From Candidatus Kaiserbacteria bacterium RIFOXYB1_FULL_46_14 (lineage in GTDB: Bacteria > Patescibacteriota > Minisyncoccia > Phycocordibacterales > UBA918): a stretch of DNA of 64,000 nucleotides. Shown here in pieces: positions 1 through 8,816 of the stretch (positions are counted from its first letter, which is position 1; every line of letters starts with the position of its first letter). Both the position numbers and the translations under genes were made by a program. Below the pieces are notes generated by a model, which saw only the letters and a program-made list of their open reading frames with translations, was not told where the DNA came from and searched no databases. Where the stretch lies: assembly GCA_001783525.1 (NCBI GenBank), contig MFMS01000004.1:28741-92740 (forward strand). The letters run 5' to 3'.

Positions 1-580
1 TACCGTTGCCGAGGAGGAGGCCAGTGAGAGTGGCGGCGCCGGTGCCGCCGCGTGCCACCGTGAGCGTGCCCGTTGTGTCTGACAGAGCAACACCGAGACT
101 CGATGTGGCGACTTGTGTCCAACCAGTTCCACCCGCGTTCCCGATAAGAAGCTGGTTGGCGGAAACCGAAGAGAGTCCGGTGCCGCCGCGTGAAGCAGCT
201 AATGTTCCGGACCAGGTTAAAGTATGTGCTGAACCACTCGATACCATCGTAACGTTGGTGTCATTAACAAAGGTCTGTGTGCTTGAAGTAAGACCATTCA
301 ATGAAATCAACCCAGACCCCCCACCTACAGCAGTGCCACTCCAGTACAAAACTCCGTCCACATTGTAGAGTTTCGAGCCCGTATCTGCTGGTGCCGAACT
401 AGAAGCAAGCAAAAGCGTTCTTGTCTCAATATCACACCCAGAATCACCCGGCGAGCACCCCGGGTTAAGGGTTTCCCCTGGCGCATAATACGCAAATGTT
501 AAAAGCGGCACGAAGAACAACACTGCAGCAATCAACCACAAAAAGCCTCCTTTGCTCCGAAAAGTAGATCGGCCTAACAT
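1..580 (-). CDS. Large secreted/surface protein, N-terminal part (runs off window); signal peptide plus GTLxxxRGGTG repeats
   Basis: Hand translation from ATG 580: MLGRSTFRSKGGFLWLIAAVLFFVPLLTFAYYAPGETLNPGCSPGDSGC...GTLAASRGGTG...GTLTVARGGTG; frame open to the edge. The + ORF 6..368 is its antisense shadow. Confidence 0.8.
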   Translation of the reverse strand, partial: MLGRSTFRSKGGFLWLIAAVLFFVPLLTFAYYAPGETLNPGCSPGDSGCDIETRTLLLASSSAPADTGSKLYNVDGVLYWSGTAVGGGSGLISLNGLTSSTQTFVNDTNVTMVSSGSAHTLTWSGTLAASRGGTGLSSVSANQLLIGNAGGTGWTQVATSSLGVALSDTTGTLTVARGGTGAATLTGLLLGNG

Positions 581-704
581 TGCATATATTTCAGACTAAT
601 TATATAGAGTTATTGACCATTAAGTGACTTAAGTTATACACAAAACGTTTACGTCTTCAGCCAGACAACCGTATATGCTGGTCAACTATTATTGATTTTA
701 TGAC

Positions 705-732
705 TTGCTTTTTATTATAAATATGTTACTAT
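705..732 (+). promoter_or_regulatory. Putative sigma70 promoter of the DEAD-box gene
   Basis: TTGCTT-16nt-TACTAT with TG extension. Confidence 0.5.
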
Positions 733-846
733 GGAAACAAGCTTTTGAAACTCGTGTAGGGCTCATCGGCTTCAGTACCTGCGAGCCCTGGTTTCTGAAT
801 TTAACTCTCCTGCACAACGCTTCGGCGTTTAATAACAAAATAATAC

Positions 847-2160
847 ATGTCAAACGATACCCATCGGCCGCGCCGGACTAGTTCCGGACGCCGCCCCTTT
901 TCTAGTAATCAACCACACCGCAGTGGTGGTGGCTTTTCACGTAGCCCACGCAGTGGCAATACCTCTGGTAGCCATCGTACTGGTGGACACACCTCTGGAG
1001 GACAGAGCCATGGTCGCCGACCAGCAGGAGGACGCGGTGGTGGTGGCCGCAAGCTCCCAACCTTCGATCCTTCTCGCTTTATAAATACCAATCCTCGCAC
1101 TGCTGAAAAGACAGTCTATGAGGCCAAGCACCGCTTTACCACCTTCGGTCTCAACGATCGTTTTGCGCGTGAGATCGTTGCTACTGGACTTGAAGTCCCT
1201 TCACCTATCCAGGATCAGGTTATTCCTTTGATCCTGGAAGGACGCGACGTCGTTGGTCTAGCGGAAACTGGTACTGGTAAAACAGCCGCTTTCTTGATTC
1301 CACTGATCGACAAAACCTTGCGTGAATACGATCGTCAAACTTTGATTTTGGCACCGACTCGCGAGCTAGCCGCTCAGATCGAAGCTGAACTGCGCAAACT
1401 AACCAAGGAATTCCGCCTTTACTCAGCCGTCTGTGTTGGTGGCGTGGGTATTCGTGGTCAGATCAGCAACCTTCGTCGTAAGAATCACTTCGTCATCGCT
1501 ACCCCAGGCCGACTACTCGACCTATTGGAACGAGGACATTTCAAACCAGAAGGAGTGCGATCCGTCGTACTAGATGAAGCTGACCGTATGCTTGATATGG
1601 GCTTTATCAAAGACATTCGCAAGATTCTTCAAAACACTCCGAAGGAACGTGAGACCCTTCTCTTCTCAGCTACTATCACTAAAGAAGCGGAGAACTTGGT
1701 AAAAGATTTCCTTCGTGATCCTGTGACTATCTCAGTAAAGAAGAAGGACGTAACCGACTCAATCGCACAAGATGTCGTTCGCTACTCACATCACGACAAA
1801 TTCGAAACCCTCACCAAGTTACTTGCCGATCCGTCCTTCAGCCGCACCATCATTTTTGGTGCCATGAAGCACAGTGTTGAAAAGTTATCAGAGGAGTTGA
1901 CTGCGCACGGTATAAAGGCCGAATCACTTCATGGCAACAAGAGTCACGGCCAGCGTCAGCGCGCGCTCAACGCCTTCAAGAGCGGAAATGCTCGCGTTCT
2001 CGTGGCTACCGACGTAGCCGCTCGTGGTATCCACGTCGATAACGTATCGCACGTTATCAACTACGATCTTCCCAACACGTTTGAGGATTACGTACACCGC
2101 ATCGGTCGTACCGGACGAGGTAATGAGCGCGGTTCTGCACTCACCTTCGTACCTGCTTAA
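847..2160 (+). CDS. DEAD-box RNA helicase with R/G/S-rich N-terminal extension
   Basis: Q motif, AETGTGKT, PTRELA, DEAD, SAT, HRIGRTGR. Confidence 0.97.
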   Translation: MSNDTHRPRRTSSGRRPFSSNQPHRSGGGFSRSPRSGNTSGSHRTGGHTSGGQSHGRRPAGGRGGGGRKLPTFDPSRFINTNPRTAEKTVYEAKHRFTTFGLNDRFAREIVATGLEVPSPIQDQVIPLILEGRDVVGLAETGTGKTAAFLIPLIDKTLREYDRQTLILAPTRELAAQIEAELRKLTKEFRLYSAVCVGGVGIRGQISNLRRKNHFVIATPGRLLDLLERGHFKPEGVRSVVLDEADRMLDMGFIKDIRKILQNTPKERETLLFSATITKEAENLVKDFLRDPVTISVKKKDVTDSIAQDVVRYSHHDKFETLTKLLADPSFSRTIIFGAMKHSVEKLSEELTAHGIKAESLHGNKSHGQRQRALNAFKSGNARVLVATDVAARGIHVDNVSHVINYDLPNTFEDYVHRIGRTGRGNERGSALTFVPA

Positions 2161-2166
2161 GGATTC

Positions 2167-2208
2167 AATTAAAAAGGCCGGCCACATTTGTGGCCGGCCT
2201 TTTTAATT
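2167..2208. terminator. Bidirectional intrinsic terminator
   Basis: AAAAAGGCCGGCCAC-attt-GTGGCCGGCCTTTTT. Confidence 0.85.
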
Positions 2209-2209
2209 G

Positions 2210-2362
2210 TTATTTTTCTGACTTCTTCTCTTTGCGTTTATTTTTGATGCCAGCGTTCTTGACTACTCCTTCCATACGAGCTGGGACACGCAGTGGCAAT
2301 TCCCGATTCCCGTGCGCCAGCATACTGCGATCATCTTGAAATATTTGATGTTTCTTTTTCAT
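2210..2362 (-). CDS. Possible 50-aa basic small protein
   Basis: MKKKHQIFQDD...KKSEK; ends at the terminator; no recognised domain. Confidence 0.35.
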   Translation of the reverse strand: MKKKHQIFQDDRSMLAHGNRELPLRVPARMEGVVKNAGIKNKRKEKKSEK

Positions 2363-2450
2363 ACGCACCAAGATTAACTTGTAAGTTTCTTTAACTATAA
2401 CATTTGCCCGAAATGCCAACAGTATTTTCTCTAATTACAAATCCTCCAAA

Positions 2451-3239
2451 CTACGGCAAAGATTCACAGACAACACCATCATGATCACCGTCTAGCCGAT
2501 CGTAGTCATAGGTCGGCGAACCGCCGCCCGCTTCAAAATGAGCCTGTGCCTCTGCTTGGGTACTGAAGTCAGAACAGTCTTTATCCATATGACCGCTGGG
2601 ATAAGTTGGCACGATTTGAGAAGTGCGGACAGCTTGTGACCCTTCGGCGCAAACACCCTCAGCCCACAAGCCTCGCTTATCAGTGCGCGCATTTGCTTCG
2701 GCGGCTTTGAATTCGGCTTGATATTTATAAGGTAGGTTGTAGGTGTATTCGTAAGCGAAGCCTTCGGTAATCAACTTCTGATTAATGAAGAGGTTGTCAG
2801 CGCGAAATACATAAGCCAGCAGTCTTCCATACTTGTCTCGCTCCCCTTGTGACGAATCTGTCTCTAGCTTCACCGACTGTCCAGTCAACCAAGCCTTGGT
2901 TTGATCCGAGGCTTCAACACCAAAGCACTGCACTGCCTTTGACGGGTGAACAGTCTCGGGCGTATCGACTCCAATCATTCGTACAGTTTCGCTCGTGCCG
3001 TCTATATCAATGACGATCGTATCGCCATCTATTACTTTCAAGACTTTGTATGAGGCTCGAAGTTGTACTGGTGTTGTTTTATCACTAGAAACCTCTGCCG
3101 CAGAAGACGACCCGACGATGACTTCTTCTGAAGAAGCTTCCTCATTCCAATCTACTTCTATATCGTTAACAATGACACTACTCCACCCTGCATAGAGGGC
3201 CGCGACAACAATCAGAATGTATAAAAATGCGCGATACAC
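2451..3239 (-). CDS. Thermonuclease (SNase-like) with N-terminal anchor and C-terminal Excalibur Ca-binding domain
   Basis: [29 protein letters not shown]; C-terminal DCSDF...[11 protein letters not shown]. Confidence 0.93.
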   Translation of the reverse strand: MYRAFLYILIVVAALYAGWSSVIVNDIEVDWNEEASSEEVIVGSSSAAEVSSDKTTPVQLRASYKVLKVIDGDTIVIDIDGTSETVRMIGVDTPETVHPSKAVQCFGVEASDQTKAWLTGQSVKLETDSSQGERDKYGRLLAYVFRADNLFINQKLITEGFAYEYTYNLPYKYQAEFKAAEANARTDKRGLWAEGVCAEGSQAVRTSQIVPTYPSGHMDKDCSDFSTQAEAQAHFEAGGGSPTYDYDRLDGDHDGVVCESLP

Positions 3240-3788
3240 TTATGAGCGACGAAGATTAAGGTAGATCACGATAAGGAAAGCGAAGGTCACCGCTGAGATA
3301 AACGGAAAACTAACAAAACCAAACATATCAATCACTTTAATCGCACAGTCAGCATTACTGCCGTCGGCTAAACACGGTAGAAAACCAGACTCGGTACTGG
3401 TGCGCGGAAGCATTTGGTAAACATACTGATACAGAGCAATCACCAGTCCAAAGATCGACAAAGCAATACCGTAAAGTGGAAAATGTCTTTGGTCTCCTGT
3501 TTTCCAAGCAACTATGGACAACAAAGCCTGCGGATAAATAGCGATGCGTTGCAACCAACAAAATGAGCACGGGATAAATCCAAAATACTCTGAATATACA
3601 AGCGACATTACTACACTGCCGACACTCGCGCCTATGATGAGCAACCACGCAAATTTTTTCACCAAGGAACCCGTGTACTTGCTTCCATAAAAGAAAAAGT
3701 CCACATACAGGAGAACGGTCACGAAAAGCATTACCAAAGAACCCGCGGCCAGCGACCAATTAAGGGTGTTTAACAAAGACAAATACAT
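3240..3788 (-). CDS. dsbB: Disulfide bond formation protein B (DsbB/BdbC family)
   Basis: PCSFCWLQRI motif, second Cys pair, several TM helices. Confidence 0.88.
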   Translation of the reverse strand: MYLSLLNTLNWSLAAGSLVMLFVTVLLYVDFFFYGSKYTGSLVKKFAWLLIIGASVGSVVMSLVYSEYFGFIPCSFCWLQRIAIYPQALLSIVAWKTGDQRHFPLYGIALSIFGLVIALYQYVYQMLPRTSTESGFLPCLADGSNADCAIKVIDMFGFVSFPFISAVTFAFLIVIYLNLRRS

Positions 3789-3846
3789 ATCGGATTATTT
3801 ACTTACAGGACTGTTAACATACACTTATTGCCCTATCCTACACCTT

Positions 3847-4341
3847 TTATCTGGCACGAGAAAATCTACGTACTAGATGTAGAAGATACGAAACAACAAA
3901 GATGGCGACTACATAGCCGATTAGATAAGTCGTGAAATCATAAGGCAGACGGCCGGCCATACCGAGAAGTGTTGCTCCCCACCAAGATGTGAAGGAAATA
4001 CTTGCCCCGAGCCAAAGTGGTACCCAACGTTTATGAAGCGCCACTGCGTTTAGTATGATGGCAACAAACATTAGTTCCTTGATCCAAAGTTTTTCACTGG
4101 TCAAAATAAACTGATTACCTTGCCCCAAGTGATACCAAAACATCGCAACAATCGATATGATCATAAGAGCCATACCAACTCGTATCATGCCGTAATTAAC
4201 GTGCATCAGCGCCCGTTCGTCGTCACTAACCCGCTTGTCCTTGATCGCTCTATTAATTTGAAATTCAGCGATGGTCGCGCCACCAGTACCCAAGATCGTC
4301 GCAATCACATGTAGAGCCACGATCATTTGATATATTTCCAT
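3847..4341 (-). CDS. Hypothetical multi-pass membrane protein
   Basis: 164 aa with about 5 hydrophobic segments; TATAAT 8 nt upstream. Confidence 0.8.
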   Translation of the reverse strand: MEIYQMIVALHVIATILGTGGATIAEFQINRAIKDKRVSDDERALMHVNYGMIRVGMALMIISIVAMFWYHLGQGNQFILTSEKLWIKELMFVAIILNAVALHKRWVPLWLGASISFTSWWGATLLGMAGRLPYDFTTYLIGYVVAIFVVSYLLHLVRRFSRAR

Positions 4342-4536
4342 ATCAAAATATTATAACCCCTCGGCAATGGCGGTTAGAGATTGAGCGCGGATACCTTAGA
4401 CCAAAATACATGCGTATGCCTCCATATTTTGCTGGCCGTCTCGTGTTAGAACCGTGGTCGGCTAAGCCCGGATTGCTTTGTTTGGTGAGTATAAGCTAGT
4501 TCGAAACGACGTGTCTCATGCGCGGCGAGAAGCACT

Positions 4537-5085
4537 CTATGGGCCAAGTACCTTAAACCTGAGGATGCCAATTGTTAACTTATTAACCTGTCCTGTCTTT
4601 TGGTTGAAATGGGTGCTTCTAGGGAAAAATCCGTAGTCTGTCGCGAAGAAATAAGGAAGTCCTTCACTTGGTACATCATCCTTCTTAATGACCAGGTGGT
4701 ATTGAGAGCCGTCAATATCAACAATATAGCCAGGATATATAGGATAAGAGATTACTCCCCGCTGATGACTGGCCTCGCCTGTCGCCGTGAGCGGAGTGAC
4801 TGATGCATCTGTCACAACATAGGTGTGCCAAAAACCATCATTTGCATTTAGGGTGAGGTTTCCTTGATTTTTTATCGCTAATTGAAAGTCTGCTGTGTAA
4901 GAGCCGTCATCTTGTTTTGTGAAAGTTATAACATCGCTATATACACTATTCTGTTTCGCTACCATGACCAAATCGGGTTGTGGCGATGTGAAGAGCCCAA
5001 ATGCACGACCTGTAAAGTAAATAACAACCGCGGCTACCAAAGTTGATAGCAGGCTTGCTAAGAAATTCATCCAAAATTCGCTCAT
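4537..5085 (-). CDS. Hypothetical protein with N-terminal TM helix
   Basis: 182-aa ORF directly abutting the tRNA-Gln 3' end. Confidence 0.7.
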   Translation of the reverse strand: MSEFWMNFLASLLSTLVAAVVIYFTGRAFGLFTSPQPDLVMVAKQNSVYSDVITFTKQDDGSYTADFQLAIKNQGNLTLNANDGFWHTYVVTDASVTPLTATGEASHQRGVISYPIYPGYIVDIDGSQYHLVIKKDDVPSEGLPYFFATDYGFFPRSTHFNQKTGQVNKLTIGILRFKVLGP

Positions 5086-5086
5086 G

Positions 5087-5157
5087 CTGCGGGACTTGGA
5101 ATCGAACCAAGATAAACGGCTTCAAAGGCCGCTGTCCTACCTTTAGACGATCCCGCA
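5087..5157 (-). tRNA. tRNA-Gln(UUG)
   Basis: TGCGGGA acceptor, GCGGC-CTTTGAA-GCCGT anticodon arm, GGTTCGATTCC; CCA not encoded. Confidence 0.95.
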
Positions 5158-5294
5158 ATTTAGTGGCTGTACTTTAGCATATTAGGCGGCGATTTTCAGC
5201 TAGCGGCGCGGGCGAAGCCCGCGCCGCATGGATTGGCTTGAAAACCGGCCAACTGTCTGTATGATTAATCTGGCTAGTTCACTGGAGACGGACA

Positions 5295-5636
5295 ATGACC
5301 ACAATCACTGAGTTAATGGATAAAGTACTGTCGCTGCCCAAGAACGAACTTCGTCCGGGAACACCGACAGAAGAGCGGGTGCTGGAGATGAAAATTTTAT
5401 TTCCTCTTGCACCACAACTGGCGAATGTGCGACGGGGCTGTTTACCAAAAAACGGATCCGTCGAGGTGCATGTGAGAGTGAATCCTACATCGTTCAACAA
5501 CAAATATCACGAGATCAACATTTTTCGTCATAACGGCAAAGACGTCGTAACGATTAATGGCGCGATCTTGCACGCAAGTACGGTTGAGGAGATCCACCAG
5601 TATGTCTCCGAACTTTGCTCGGAGAACGCTCACTAG
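5295..5636 (+). CDS. Hypothetical protein (ORFan-like, SD-led)
   Basis: 113 aa, GGAG upstream, TTGAAA/TATGAT promoter, own terminator. Confidence 0.7.
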   Translation: MTTITELMDKVLSLPKNELRPGTPTEERVLEMKILFPLAPQLANVRRGCLPKNGSVEVHVRVNPTSFNNKYHEINIFRHNGKDVVTINGAILHASTVEEIHQYVSELCSENAH

Positions 5637-5642
5637 CAGAAA

Positions 5643-5669
5643 GGCCGGCGCACCAATGGTGCGCCGGCC
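5643..5669. terminator. Terminator hairpin between convergent genes
   Basis: GGCCGGCGCACC-aat-GGTGCGCCGGCC. Confidence 0.75.
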
Positions 5670-5690
5670 AAACTTTTTATTTTATTGCCA

Positions 5691-6611
5691 TTAAGCTCGC
5701 AAATAGCGCGAAACGGCCCAAGCACTAGAGACAAGACCAAGTGCTACTCCAGAACCAACGATGACCGAAAAGACATAAACGAAATTGGCTAGGAAATAGT
5801 GGAAGATGTTGAAGCTGAAGAAAGTCTCAGTACCAGGTCCTAGCCAATAAAGAATCGGGTACATTATTATGATAGCAACGACTCCGGAAACCAATCCGTA
5901 CAACACTCCTTGCAACATAAACGGACCGCGAATGAAGGTGTTGGAAGCTCCAACTAGGCGCATCACAGTAATCTCCTCGCGTGACGTATAGATAGCCAAC
6001 CTTATGGTGTTGAAGGTAATAAGGACAGCCGCCGCTACCAAGATGAGCATAGTGGTGATACTAGCTCGTTCGACAACGCCAATGATAGAAGCAAGCTTCT
6101 CGATCACTTCTTTGTTTTTGACAAAGTTCACACGATCAATGACCGGCGCCTGTGGCGATTCGCCTACACGCTGTTCATCGAGGAAGCGGGCGATTGTTTC
6201 ATACTGCGAAGTATCTCCCGCACTAATAGAAAGTGAAGCACCGAGAGGGTTCTCGCCCAACTCATCCAAAGCTTGGATGGTGAGCTCATCACCGCGGTGG
6301 CGCTCACGGAAAGCGGCCAACGCTTCTTCGCGTGAGGTAAAGACAACCTCAGATACTTCTGGCAAGGCTTCGAGCCGGCCCTGCAAGGCCTGCATATCTG
6401 CCTCGGCCGCATTGATATTGAAGTAAACGTTGATATCAACCTTGCTTTCGATCTGAGCCAAAGAAGCACCGAGTAGCTGGTCGATCATCATGATGGCGCC
6501 GATCACAAACAATGCGATTGTCATCACAAAGACTGAAGCAAACGAAACGAAAGTGCTTCGCCAAAAACCGACTACTCCAGAACGTACGACTCTTTTGAAG
6601 GCTACCCACAT
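5691..6611 (-). CDS. ftsX: Cell division permease FtsX
   Basis: NTIRLAIYTSREEITVMRLVGASNTFIRGPF; follows ftsE. Confidence 0.93.
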   Translation of the reverse strand: MWVAFKRVVRSGVVGFWRSTFVSFASVFVMTIALFVIGAIMMIDQLLGASLAQIESKVDINVYFNINAAEADMQALQGRLEALPEVSEVVFTSREEALAAFRERHRGDELTIQALDELGENPLGASLSISAGDTSQYETIARFLDEQRVGESPQAPVIDRVNFVKNKEVIEKLASIIGVVERASITTMLILVAAAVLITFNTIRLAIYTSREEITVMRLVGASNTFIRGPFMLQGVLYGLVSGVVAIIIMYPILYWLGPGTETFFSFNIFHYFLANFVYVFSVIVGSGVALGLVSSAWAVSRYLRA

Positions 6612-6651
6612 AGAAATTAAGAATTAAATATCAAAATGAAACTTATGAATG

Positions 6652-7335
6652 TTACAGGACATACTTACCGGTAGCGTCGTCACGGACAACACGTCCACTA
6701 TCCATAGTGATGACACGACGACCCAATTCATCAATCACACCCTTGTTGTGGGTGGTCATTATGACAGTGGTACCAAGATCATTGATCTTCTTTAGGATTT
6801 GCACGACTTCGTAAGTAGCAATCGGGTCGAGGTTGCCGGTTGGTTCATCAGCAATGATGATATCGGGCTGATTGACAATGGCGCGAGCAATCGCCACTCG
6901 TTGCTTCTCACCTCCAGACAACTGATGTGGAAAATTCCAAGCTTTGTCTTCGAGATCTACCAGTGCAAGAGCCTGTGGCACATTCTCTGCGATCTCACTG
7001 TCATCGCGACCATTAGCCTCCATCGCAAAGGCGATGTTTTCGTAAGCAGTCTTGTTAGGTAGGAGTTTAAAATCCTGAAAGACAGTACCTATCTTGCGGC
7101 GAAACTTAGGCAGCTTGCCGCGTGGAATACGATGAATATCTAGTGATTCGTAAAAAACCGAACCTTCCGAAGGGCGATCCTCCGCAATCAGCATTTTGAG
7201 TAGGGTCGATTTACCAGCTCCGGAATGACCGACGATCGACACGAACTCGTGTGGTGCCACTTGAAATGTCACTTGTTCTAGGGCTATCGACTCTTTGTCG
7301 TTATACCACTTGGAAACTTTGTCAAAATAAATCAT
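6652..7335 (-). CDS. ftsE: Cell division ATP-binding protein FtsE
   Basis: GHSGAGKST, VFQDFKLL, LSGGEKQR, ADEPTGNLD. Confidence 0.95.
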   Translation of the reverse strand: MIYFDKVSKWYNDKESIALEQVTFQVAPHEFVSIVGHSGAGKSTLLKMLIAEDRPSEGSVFYESLDIHRIPRGKLPKFRRKIGTVFQDFKLLPNKTAYENIAFAMEANGRDDSEIAENVPQALALVDLEDKAWNFPHQLSGGEKQRVAIARAIVNQPDIIIADEPTGNLDPIATYEVVQILKKINDLGTTVIMTTHNKGVIDELGRRVITMDSGRVVRDDATGKYVL

Positions 7336-7369
7336 ATACGGCTACACAGAAACACAACTTATAAGTTTA

Positions 7370-8254
7370 TTATACACCATGCATGGAGTCTATGAAGACT
7401 TGTATATCACCACCGAGCACGGCATCCACATTGCGCACCTCTACACTAGTACGATGATCTTTAACCAATTGATACGGATGGAGGACATATGAACGGATCT
7501 GGCTCCCCCACTCAATCTTAACGGTTTTTTCGATAGCTAAACCAGCCAACTCACGTTCGCGCTGAGTTTCTTTAAAAGCAAAAACCTTGCCATAGAGAAG
7601 CCTGAGCGCTTTGTCTCGATTTTGTAATTGACTCCGTTCTGAAGAAACGTGCACCGATATATTGGTCGGTGTATGTACCGCACGCACCGCGGTCTCACGC
7701 TTGTTTACGTTTTGCCCGCCAGCTCCTCCTGATCGCGCAAAAGATATTTCAACCTCAGTCTCTGGCAATACCTCACCGTCATCTTCTTCCATAATTGGAG
7801 ACACCTCAACCAGCACAAAAGATGTCTGGCGTTTATCGTTGGAATTGAACGGTGAAATGCGCACTAGGCGATGCACACCACTCTCGTGTTTGAGAGTACC
7901 GAAAGCATCCTTTCCATTTATTTCAAAAACAATGTTTCGATAGCCACCGTGATCGTTTTCATTTTGATCAAGCATGACCACAGACCAATTACGATTTGCA
8001 GCATAACGCTGATACATTTCAACCAACATTCGCGCAAAGTCTTCGGCGTCGTCACCACCAGCACCGGCAACAATTGTAAACACCGCCGACAAACGATCAT
8101 ACTTACCCCTCCCTTCTACCTCATCCCGAAGTGTTTGGAGCTCCTTAATCATCGCTTGTGCTGCTTTTGGATCGCCCCAAAAATCTGAACGAAGCATCGA
8201 TTCTTCAATTTCTTTTATCCGGTCTGCTGTTTGCTGATTTTGCCCATTAGCCAT
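7370..8254 (-). CDS. prfB: Peptide chain release factor 2, short form
   Basis: GVHRLVRISPF (SPF), GGQ, WGSQIRSYVLHPY. Start placed at ATG 8254 because the longer start runs through a terminator hairpin. Confidence 0.93.
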   Translation of the reverse strand: MANGQNQQTADRIKEIEESMLRSDFWGDPKAAQAMIKELQTLRDEVEGRGKYDRLSAVFTIVAGAGGDDAEDFARMLVEMYQRYAANRNWSVVMLDQNENDHGGYRNIVFEINGKDAFGTLKHESGVHRLVRISPFNSNDKRQTSFVLVEVSPIMEEDDGEVLPETEVEISFARSGGAGGQNVNKRETAVRAVHTPTNISVHVSSERSQLQNRDKALRLLYGKVFAFKETQRERELAGLAIEKTVKIEWGSQIRSYVLHPYQLVKDHRTSVEVRNVDAVLGGDIQVFIDSMHGV

Positions 8255-8273
8255 AAAGTGTGTCAATTCTAAC

Positions 8274-8314
8274 AGAAACGGCGGCAGTCCGCTTCGCGAA
8301 CTGCCGCCGTTTCT
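8274..8314. terminator. Intrinsic terminator-like hairpin
   Basis: AGAAACGGCGGCAGT...ACTGCCGCCGTTTCT. Confidence 0.75.
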
Positions 8315-8315
8315 A

Positions 8316-8480
8316 CTCCTCGCCATGACTCACGGTTCGCTGTGGCTCACATCGTGAGTCCGGGCTCAAGTCACGTTGATCTGACGCAGGTCAAAATTTC
8401 GTCTCCTCGCCCTGACTCACGGTTCGCTGTGGCTCACATCGTGAGTCCGGGCTCAAAGCACAAAAACCTGACGCAGGTCA
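8316..8480. repeat. Tandem 87-bp-period palindromic repeat (2 copies) downstream of tRNA-Thr(GGU)
   Basis: 8316-8369 vs 8403-8456 match 53/54; CTGACGCAGGTCA at 8381 and 8468. Confidence 0.9.
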
Positions 8481-8496
8481 GGTTTTTGTGTCTTTG

Positions 8497-8569
8497 AGCC
8501 ATCTCCCAGGATTGAACTGGGGACCTCATCCTTACCATGGATGCGCTCTACCAACTGAGCTAAGATGGC
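8497..8569 (-). tRNA. tRNA-Thr(GGU)
   Basis: GCCATCT acceptor, CATCC-ATGGTAA-GGATG. Confidence 0.95.
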
Positions 8570-8743
8570 AAAATCACGCGCGGGGACAGCCTGATACATT
8601 GCCTTGCCATCCAGTTACGGATGTAGGACAGGGTGTCTTATCCCGCACGACGACCGGAACGCAAAACATATCCGATCGCGTGGGTCAGCATAACAAAAAA
8701 CTTCGTTGAAAACAAAGTTTTTGTGTAATACCATAGTGACCAC

Positions 8744-8816
8744 GCCGTCTTAGCTCAGTTGGCAGAGCATTGCATTCGTAACGCAAAGGTCGACAGTTCA
8801 ATTCTGTCAGACGGCT
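8744..8816 (+). tRNA. tRNA-Thr(CGU)
   Basis: GCCGTCT acceptor, loop TTCGTAA, GTTCAATTC. Confidence 0.93.

Noticed and set aside
6-368. 120-aa plus-strand ORF
   Set aside because: Antisense shadow of the minus-strand surface protein, which has a signal peptide and recognisable repeats.
4356-4536. 180-bp intergenic stretch considered as RNase P RNA or another ncRNA
   Set aside because: No GAGGAAAGUCC-type P4 motif, no convincing long stem and no credible ORF.
8255-8326. N-terminal extension of prfB in the ORF track
   Set aside because: It runs through a terminator hairpin and a repeat; a TGnTAGAAT box precedes ATG 8254.
8316-8480. Possible CRISPR array
   Set aside because: Only two 54-bp units, the intervening parts are also similar, and no cas genes are present.
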